From Treponema sp. UBA7570 (GTDB taxonomy: Bacteria; Spirochaetota; Spirochaetia; Treponematales; Treponemataceae), in the NCBI RefSeq assembly GCF_002477955.1, contig NZ_DLLE01000052.1: a DNA stretch of 64,000 nucleotides, one strand, 5' to 3'. The position numbers were made by a program, and so were the translations under genes. Below are positions 57,188 through 64,000 of this stretch, in pieces. Each line of letters opens with the position of its first letter. The stretch's first letter is position 1. The notes under the pieces were generated by a model, which did no database searches, had not been told where the DNA came from, and was given only the letters and a program-made list of their open reading frames with translations.

Positions 57188-58920
57188 AGCCGGTCTTTTA
57201 CATAACCTTTGTTTTTTCTCTTGCATTTTTTTCCTGCGGTTCAAGTCCAAAAAATGAATTGCAGGCGGAAAATCATTTGGAAGGGCAGTACAGCGCGCAG
57301 CTCTCGGAATCAGTTTCGATAGCGCTTCCTCCAAAAAAAGAAAAAAAATTTTTTTCAGGAATTCCAGAAGAAGCGGTCAATGCTGTTGAGAACGGCTCTC
57401 CAGAATCTATAAACCTTGCATATTCGATTTTGCGGAAAAATGCAGAATTCTATACCGAAAACGAAAAAATTCTTTTAAACACAGCATATTCTTTTATGAC
57501 GATTTTGTGGCAGCAGGAAAAAGTGAATTTTCAGCCGTTTGAAGGCTTGCCGCCAAATCCTTACACCGGCGCAATTGAATCTGCAAAGCGCGGAATTTAC
57601 GATGAAAGCACTGGAAGTTCCGATTTTTTGACACTGGTTCTTCCTTCTTTAGTTCTCGTAACTTCCGAAAATAGAAAAGATTATTATCCGCTTGCACAAG
57701 AATCTCTTTCTTTGGCATTAAAAGAAAATCCAGAAAGCGTTGTTGCTAATTTTTTGCAGGGCTTGCTTTTGCTCAGACAGAATGATTTTGAAAACGCTTT
57801 AGTTTTTTTTGAGAAAGCTTTTGATTCTTCTCCACAAACAATAGAGACTTGCTATGCTTTGGCTGACTGCAATTTTAAGCTAAAAAATTACTCAAAATCT
57901 TACGAACTTGCAAAATCAATTCTCGAAAAAAATCAGTTTTATTCTCCGGCGCTAAAACTTTGCGCAGAAAATGCTTTTGCGCTTGGCGCCCTTGAAGAAA
58001 GCGAGCTTTATGTTGGACGGGTTTTGCAGCAGGAACCGGAAAATTCTTATTTTGTTTTGTTCAGGGCGAAAATTCTTGCGGAAAAAGGCGATTATATTCG
58101 CTCTGCTTCCTTGCTTGATGTTTATGCGCTTACAAATTCCGACAGCCGGGAATATCTTGTTTTGCGCGCAAAAGTTCAAAAAGACTGGAATAAAAATATG
58201 ACGGCGGCCTGCGCGACAATCGAAAAAGCGCTTTCTCTTTATCCTGACGATACAGAAATTCTTCTTACTGCGGCAAGCCTTGCCGGGGAAACTGGTTCAA
58301 AAATAAATGGAAAAACCGCTGGCGAACTTGCAGAAAAGGTTCTTTTGACGGACAGCACGAACATCGAGGCTATGAAAATTCAGGTGAATGATTTTGTAAG
58401 CCGGAAAAAATGGAACGAAGCTTACAAAACAAGTTCTGCCCTTATAAAAATAAAAGACATTCCTGCAGAATGCATTTTTACTCACATTGATGTCTGTCTT
58501 GCGTCTGGCAAAAACAGCGAAGCGTGGGACATTATTTCTTCGCTTTACGAAAAAAATCCAAAAAACGAAGCGGTCTTGCAAAATTATATAAAAGTTCTTG
58601 TTGCTACCGACAGGCGTTCTGAGGCTTCTCAGCTTATTGAACAGAATCTTTCCGGGGCATCTTCAAAAATGAAAAGTTTCTTCTATTACGAGCGAAGCTT
58701 TTTGCAGAAAAATGAAAATGCGGTTATGGTGGATTTGCGTTCGAGCCTTACAGCAAACCCACGCAACAAGGATGCGCTTTTTCGTCTGTATCAAATTTAT
58801 TTTAACAAAAAAGAATATCGAAAGGCTCAGTATTATTTAAAACAAGTAGTTGCAATTTCTCCGGCAGATGAGAGCCTTTTGCTGTTAAATGCAGAGCTTG
58901 AAACGCTTCTGTCCAAATAG
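57184..58920 (+). CDS. TPR-repeat lipoprotein
   Basis: Lipobox FFSC; many TPR-like repeats. Confidence 0.8.
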   Translation: MKPVFYITFVFSLAFFSCGSSPKNELQAENHLEGQYSAQLSESVSIALPPKKEKKFFSGIPEEAVNAVENGSPESINLAYSILRKNAEFYTENEKILLNTAYSFMTILWQQEKVNFQPFEGLPPNPYTGAIESAKRGIYDESTGSSDFLTLVLPSLVLVTSENRKDYYPLAQESLSLALKENPESVVANFLQGLLLLRQNDFENALVFFEKAFDSSPQTIETCYALADCNFKLKNYSKSYELAKSILEKNQFYSPALKLCAENAFALGALEESELYVGRVLQQEPENSYFVLFRAKILAEKGDYIRSASLLDVYALTNSDSREYLVLRAKVQKDWNKNMTAACATIEKALSLYPDDTEILLTAASLAGETGSKINGKTAGELAEKVLLTDSTNIEAMKIQVNDFVSRKKWNEAYKTSSALIKIKDIPAECIFTHIDVCLASGKNSEAWDIISSLYEKNPKNEAVLQNYIKVLVATDRRSEASQLIEQNLSGASSKMKSFFYYERSFLQKNENAVMVDLRSSLTANPRNKDALFRLYQIYFNKKEYRKAQYYLKQVVAISPADESLLLLNAELETLLSK

Positions 58921-59004
58921 ACATCTTTATTCTTGCCTTGCCACAATATTATCAAAATGTTATTCTTTTAAGGCTAAAAATTTAATAAAAAAGGAAGGGA
59001 AAAA

Positions 59005-59433
59005 ATGTCTTTTATACCTTTATTGCAGAATGGTGCTCAGGGACAGGGCAACATGCTTATGTCTGTAGTTCCGTTTATTTTAATCATTGCAATTTTCTAT
59101 TTCTTCATTATTCGTCCGCAGAATAAAAAACAGAAGGAAACTGAAAAAATGATTAACGCCCTTAAAAAAGGCGACAAAGTTGTTACAATCGGTGGAATCC
59201 ACGGAACTGTAAGCTCTACAAAAGAAAAAACAGTTGTTGTAAAAGTTGATTCAAATACTCAGATTGAATTTTCACGCTCTGCAATTTCTGCAGTTGTTAC
59301 AGAAAAAACAGTTGAAAAAGCTTCTTCTAAAAAAGCAAAGAAAGCTGAAGAAGTAAAAGCCGAAGAGCCAGCTGTTGAAGTAAAAGCAGAAGCTTCTGCA
59401 GAAGAAAATGCAGCAGAAGAAGAAAATAAATAG
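59005..59433 (+). CDS. yajC: Preprotein translocase subunit YajC
   Basis: FYFFIIRPQNKKQK...LKKGDKVVTIGGIHG. Confidence 0.96.
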   Translation: MSFIPLLQNGAQGQGNMLMSVVPFILIIAIFYFFIIRPQNKKQKETEKMINALKKGDKVVTIGGIHGTVSSTKEKTVVVKVDSNTQIEFSRSAISAVVTEKTVEKASSKKAKKAEEVKAEEPAVEVKAEASAEENAAEEENK

Positions 59434-59454
59434 TTTTCAGGGTGGAATTATTAA

Positions 59455-61203
59455 ATGAATAAACGTAGTCGTTTTATTCTTATTTTGGTTGTACTTGCCG
59501 TTTGCGCGCTTTTTTTAAGACCGTCGGTAAAATGGTATTTTGGTACACCAGATGAGATTCAGAAAGTGGCTTTGAGTTCACTTGAAAAAATCAAGGATGA
59601 ATCAGAGAAAAAAGCAAGAGAGGAAGTTGCCCTTGTAAAACAAATGGCAAACAAAGATGCAAATGCTTCTTTGGACAAATCTTACTCTTACGTTGTAAAA
59701 GCAGCAAAAAAAGCATATAAAGCTGCTAAAAAAGATGTTCCTTCGGACATGAATCTTGCAGCAGTTCTCTCCGCATTTTCAAGTTCATCGGAATTGCAGT
59801 CGGTATTTGAAGATTATTACCGCTCGCTCTATTTAAAAGCAAAACATAATTACAATTCGTCTGTAAAACTTGGTCTTGACCTTTCTGGCGGTATGAACAT
59901 TATTGTAAAGGCAGACTTGGATGCGGCGCTTGCTAAGCAGAAAGAAACTTCTGAAGTTGGAAATCCAGATGCTTTTAAAGAACAGGCAATGACACAGGCT
60001 TTGGAGACACTTACATCTTCAATCGATAAATTCGGTCTTACTTCTCCGGTTATCCGTCAGCAGGGTGAAGACAGAATTTATATCGAAATTCCAGGCCAGG
60101 CAGATGGTGAAAGCGTAAATTCTATTATTCAGGGCAAAGGAAGCTTGAATTTCCGCCTTGTTGATGAAAACGCAACAAATGCATTTGCCGCTTACTATGC
60201 TTCTGTTGGACCTGACGCCTTTAAGGCAGACGGCTCTCTTGCAGACCCATCGGTAATTCCTTCAGACACTGAAGTTTTCGGCTATTATACAAAAGATTCT
60301 TATGGTCTTGACCAGAGAATTGGATACATTGCAGTTAAAAAACAGATTGCCCTCGATGGAAATCACGTAAAATCAGCTCAGGTAAGCCGCGACCAGACAA
60401 CAGGACAGACAGAAGTAAACTTCTCTCTTGATTCTGCAGGAGCAACAATTTTTGCTGACTTTACAGGCGCTCACGTAGGCGAACGTCTTGCAATCGTAAA
60501 CGACAACAAAGTAAAATCTGCTGCTACGATTCGCCAGGCTATTACTGGTGGAAACGTAAGTCTTTCTGGCGGTTTTAGTGTAGAAGAAGCCCAGAATATT
60601 CAGAAGGTTCTTCAGACTTCTTATCTTGAAGTTCCTTTAAAGATTGAAAGCCAGCAGGTTGTCGGCGCCTCTCTTGGAAAACAGGCAATCCATCAGGGAA
60701 TGATGGCTTTGGCTCTTGGTCTTGCACTTGTGTTTATCTTTATGATTGTTTATTACATGGGTGCTGGTTTTTATGCAGTTATTGCACAGATTCTCAATAT
60801 GTACATCATGTTCGCTGTGCTTTCAGCATTCAACCTTACACTTACACTTTCTTCTGTTGCCGGTATGATTCTTACAGTTGGTATGTCTGTTGACGCCAAC
60901 GTAATTATTTTTGAACGCATAAAGGAAGAGCTTGCGCTTGGAAAGAGCCGTGCCGCAGCAATTGCTTCCGGTTTTGACAACGCATTCTGGGCAATTATGG
61001 ACTCTAACATTACTACATTTATCGCCGCCCTGTTCTTGAGCCAGCTTGGTACTGGTTCGATCCAGGGATTTGCAGTTTCTCTTGCAATTGGTGTGTGTTC
61101 ATCAGTATTTACAGCACTGGTAATTTCCCGCCTTATGTTTGACTTTAACACAGATGTAATCGGACAGAAAAAAATCAGTATCGGCTGGGGAGTTAAACAG
61201 TAA
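59455..61203 (+). CDS. secD: Protein translocase subunit SecD
   Basis: KLGLDLSGG, VGASLG, GMSVDANVIIFERIKEE, IMDSNITT, GFAVSL. Confidence 0.97.
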   Translation: MNKRSRFILILVVLAVCALFLRPSVKWYFGTPDEIQKVALSSLEKIKDESEKKAREEVALVKQMANKDANASLDKSYSYVVKAAKKAYKAAKKDVPSDMNLAAVLSAFSSSSELQSVFEDYYRSLYLKAKHNYNSSVKLGLDLSGGMNIIVKADLDAALAKQKETSEVGNPDAFKEQAMTQALETLTSSIDKFGLTSPVIRQQGEDRIYIEIPGQADGESVNSIIQGKGSLNFRLVDENATNAFAAYYASVGPDAFKADGSLADPSVIPSDTEVFGYYTKDSYGLDQRIGYIAVKKQIALDGNHVKSAQVSRDQTTGQTEVNFSLDSAGATIFADFTGAHVGERLAIVNDNKVKSAATIRQAITGGNVSLSGGFSVEEAQNIQKVLQTSYLEVPLKIESQQVVGASLGKQAIHQGMMALALGLALVFIFMIVYYMGAGFYAVIAQILNMYIMFAVLSAFNLTLTLSSVAGMILTVGMSVDANVIIFERIKEELALGKSRAAAIASGFDNAFWAIMDSNITTFIAALFLSQLGTGSIQGFAVSLAIGVCSSVFTALVISRLMFDFNTDVIGQKKISIGWGVKQ

Positions 61204-62114
61204 TGAAAAAAATAATTCATTTTAGTAAATTTTTCCCTGCAGCAGTTGTTTTGAGCGCAGTTCTTATTGTTTCTGGAATTGTAAGCCTTTGTGTTCGCGG
61301 AATGAACTGGGGCCTTGAATTTAAACCTGGCCAGAACATTCAGGTTAGTGTTGCGGCAGAAACAGATTCTGACAAAATCGCAGAACTTCTTTCTTCTAAT
61401 AAAATCAACGCTTCTGTAAAGTCTGCTGGAGATGAAAATACTTATCAGGTTCGCACTGAATCTGGTGAAAGTGTAGAAAATGCAGTTAAGTCTGTTCTTG
61501 CAGAGAAATATGGCAACGAGAATGTTGTAATTGAACAGAGCCAGTCAATAAGCGCGCAGTTTTCAAAATCTTTGATTCGTGATTCTATTATTTTGGTTTT
61601 GGCGACTTTGGTTTTGATTTTTGCATACACATTGTTCCGATTTAAGTGGGATGCCGCTCTTGGCTCTGTAATTGCCGTTATTCACGACGCTTTGATTATG
61701 ATTTCATTCTTTACATGGTCACAGCTTGAATTTACAACGACCTCAATTGCCGCAATTCTTACAATTATCGGTTATTCAATTAATGCAACAGTCGTAATTC
61801 TTGACCGCGTTCGTTCTGATATGAAGATTGTGGAAGCGAAAACTTTCAAAGATATTCTTAACAGCGCTCTTACTGCAACCTTGAGTCGCTCTGTAATTAC
61901 GACAATAACAACACTTTTTGCTGTTCTTGCTCTCGTTGTATTTACAACTGGCGACATCAAGAATTTTGCAATTGCGCTCGTAGTTGGTCTTATTTCCGGA
62001 TGCTATTCATCATTGTTCATTGCAGGTTCATTCATCGCAACAGTAAGAAAAAATTGGAAACCTGTTGCAGTTTTGCCAAAAGCAAATGTTCGTTCAGAAG
62101 AAAAAAGCGAATAG
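61203..62114 (+). CDS. secF: Protein translocase subunit SecF
   Basis: NWGLEFKPG, AVIHDAL, LTIIGYSINATVVILDRVR, TLSRSVIT, GCYSSLFIA. Confidence 0.96.
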   Translation: MKKIIHFSKFFPAAVVLSAVLIVSGIVSLCVRGMNWGLEFKPGQNIQVSVAAETDSDKIAELLSSNKINASVKSAGDENTYQVRTESGESVENAVKSVLAEKYGNENVVIEQSQSISAQFSKSLIRDSIILVLATLVLIFAYTLFRFKWDAALGSVIAVIHDALIMISFFTWSQLEFTTTSIAAILTIIGYSINATVVILDRVRSDMKIVEAKTFKDILNSALTATLSRSVITTITTLFAVLALVVFTTGDIKNFAIALVVGLISGCYSSLFIAGSFIATVRKNWKPVAVLPKANVRSEEKSE

Positions 62115-62137
62115 CTTTTAACTTTTAATGAATGATT

Positions 62138-62169
62138 AAGCCGTGGATTTTTATCTGCGGCTTTTTTTT
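62138..62169 (+). terminator. Intrinsic terminator after secF
   Basis: AAGCCGTGGAT-TTTT-ATCTGCGGCTT followed by a T-run. Confidence 0.85.
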
Positions 62170-62218
62170 ATGCTTTTTTGCTTGTAATGAATTTTATAAA
62201 ATGCGATATTTAAATTCT

Positions 62219-63112
62219 ATGAAAATTATTCGTGCAGAAAAAATGGGTTTTTGCGCCGGTGTGCGGCATGCTGTAAAAACGGCAGACAGTGCACTTGAAG
62301 AAAATAAAAACGGACAGGTTTATTCATTTGGACCTCTTATTCACAATCCTTTGGCCCTAAAAACTTTTGAAAACCGCGGATTGAAAATTCTTGATGAAAA
62401 AAAAATCTCCTGTGTAAAAAAAGAAGATACGGTTGTAATTCGGGCGCATGGAGTTCCTCCAGAAATAAAAGAAGGGCTTGAAAAGACTGGTGCAAAAGTT
62501 TTGGATGGAACTTGTCCAATCGTGCGGGCCAACCAAAAAAAATGTGCAGATTTTGCAAAAAACGGCTGGATTATTTTTTTTACGGGAGATGCAAACCACG
62601 GAGAGGTGATTGGAATTGAGGGAGCGGCCAGACGTGGCGCGGAAGATGCCGGAAAGAAACTCGATTTTGTCCTTGTAAAATCTGTCGAAGATGCTGTTTT
62701 TGAATATAAAAAACTTTTTTCAGAAAATGTGCCGGAAAACTGTGTTTTGATAAGCCAGACGACTTTTAGTGTAAAACTGTTTGATGAAATTGCCGCTGTT
62801 TTAAAAGAAAAAATTCCTGATTTGAAAGTTTTGCGCACTATTTGTCCTGCAACTTACGACCGTCAGGACAGTTTGACGGATTTGTGCAAAAAAGTAGACG
62901 GAGTTCTTGTAATTGGCGGAAAAAACAGCGCAAATACAAATCGGCTTTACGGAAAAGCAAAGTCGCTTTGCAAACACGCTGCCCTGATTGAAAAGGCAGC
63001 TGAAATTCCTGAAGATTTTTTTTCTCTTGAAAAAGTCGGGCTTACGGCAGGAGCAAGCACTCCAGACGATGTGATTGATGAAGTTGAAAAAACTCTGTCA
63101 AATAGTTTTTAG
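62219..63112 (+). CDS. ispH: 4-hydroxy-3-methylbut-2-enyl diphosphate reductase
   Basis: MGFCAGV, GPLIHN, RAHG, GTCPIV, HGEV, QTT, TICPATYDRQ, SANT, GLTAGASTP. Confidence 0.96.
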   Translation: MKIIRAEKMGFCAGVRHAVKTADSALEENKNGQVYSFGPLIHNPLALKTFENRGLKILDEKKISCVKKEDTVVIRAHGVPPEIKEGLEKTGAKVLDGTCPIVRANQKKCADFAKNGWIIFFTGDANHGEVIGIEGAARRGAEDAGKKLDFVLVKSVEDAVFEYKKLFSENVPENCVLISQTTFSVKLFDEIAAVLKEKIPDLKVLRTICPATYDRQDSLTDLCKKVDGVLVIGGKNSANTNRLYGKAKSLCKHAALIEKAAEIPEDFFSLEKVGLTAGASTPDDVIDEVEKTLSNSF

Positions 63113-63203
63113 TTTTTTTTTAGATTTTGCATCTATCATACTCAATAATGGTTCGAGTAAATTAAAAATAGTTTTGAAGATTATTCACGGTTGCGAGCTT
63201 AAA

Positions 63204-64000
63204 ATGAAAAAAATTATCAAAATTTTTATACTTCTGTTGGCATGTTTTTTTGTTTCATGTTCTTCCTCAAATATAGAAGATACAGAACTAGAGAATATTG
63301 CTGCGGCTGAAAAAAAACAGCACTCCAAAAAAGTAAAGCCAATCAAATACAACGAAGAAGAGTATAAAAAAGCCTACAATCAGAGAAATTATTCTACTTG
63401 TCTTGGAATGATGCTGTACAAAACAAGAAAAAAGGCAGATATAAGGGACAATCTTGACCTTGCTATGCTCTATTTTATTATTGGTGAATATGCTCAGGCT
63501 TCGGTTGTTTTTGAAAAGACTGACGCGCAGATGTTTGACACGCTTACAAAAAGCATTACAAAATCAATCGGAAAAGCGATTGTCAACGAAAATTTAAAAG
63601 AATATACGGGCAATGTTTACGAGTATCTTCTTGTAAACACGATGAATTCCCTTTGTTACTATTTGCAGGGAGATTTAAACAGCGCTGTAAACCAGCTCAC
63701 CAAACTTTCTGACGTAAAACTTCCTGAATACAGACGTCTTTACGGTGAAGTTTTGATAAAAAATGGCCTGGATCCTTCTGTCCGCGAAAAGCTTGATGAG
63801 GACGCAAAATCTCTGAGCGCTTATAATATTGATTCTTCAGTTTTTACAGCCGATTTGCCTAAGAAGCCAACCGAAAAAGACGTTTATAAGGAATCATCTC
63901 TTGCCAGATACTTAAGTCTAATTTTAAGACAGGCAGATGGCGATAAAAGCCAGGTTGATTCTGATTCTATTGTTTTAAAGTCGCTTGTAAAAGATTTTGA
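63204..64000 (+). CDS. Lipoprotein, COG3014-like (3'-truncated; absent from the ORF track)
   Basis: Manual translation gives MKKIIKIFILLLACFFVSC (lipobox)...NENLKEYTGNVYEYLLVNTMNSLCYYLQGD; frame appears to run off the window end. Confidence 0.7.
   Translation, partial: MKKIIKIFILLLACFFVSCSSSNIEDTELENIAAAEKKQHSKKVKPIKYNEEEYKKAYNQRNYSTCLGMMLYKTRKKADIRDNLDLAMLYFIIGEYAQASVVFEKTDAQMFDTLTKSITKSIGKAIVNENLKEYTGNVYEYLLVNTMNSLCYYLQGDLNSAVNQLTKLSDVKLPEYRRLYGEVLIKNGLDPSVREKLDEDAKSLSAYNIDSSVFTADLPKKPTEKDVYKESSLARYLSLILRQADGDKSQVDSDSIVLKSLVKDF

Overview
The window is AT-rich core chromosome of a spirochaete, most consistent with a gut or rumen Treponema. That call rests on FlaA sheath genes, a V-type ATPase, spirochaetal lipoboxes and the Treponema-type order mraZ-rsmH-ftsL-murF-ftsWQAZ-xer-dprA-topA-xer-hslVU. 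Other content: V-ATPase E/A/B/D, a BioY ECF transporter, tRNA-Asn, leuA, an MCP, an HD-GYP protein, infC-rpmI-rplT-zapB-zapA, fba, ilvB, purN, a TPR-MltD-OmpA cluster, yajC-secD-secF and ispH. I see no prophage, transposase or CRISPR array. The notable signals are mostly non-coding. (1) At least two families of GC-rich intergenic elements have conserved ends and interchangeable internal hairpins (REP/MITE-like or structured RNA). (2) Two leader-peptide attenuators, below the ORF-track size cutoff, precede leuA (Leu-rich) and ilvB (Val/Leu/Ile-rich). (3) A BirA-type operator overlaps the bioY promoter. (4) Sigma28-like promoters precede non-flagellar genes. (5) An uncharacterised three-gene surface locus (WD40 plus beta-barrel-like protein, small lipoprotein, large FN3-containing lipoprotein) is preceded by a G15/C15 tract that suggests phase variation. 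All product calls come from motif recognition by eye; no database searches were run.
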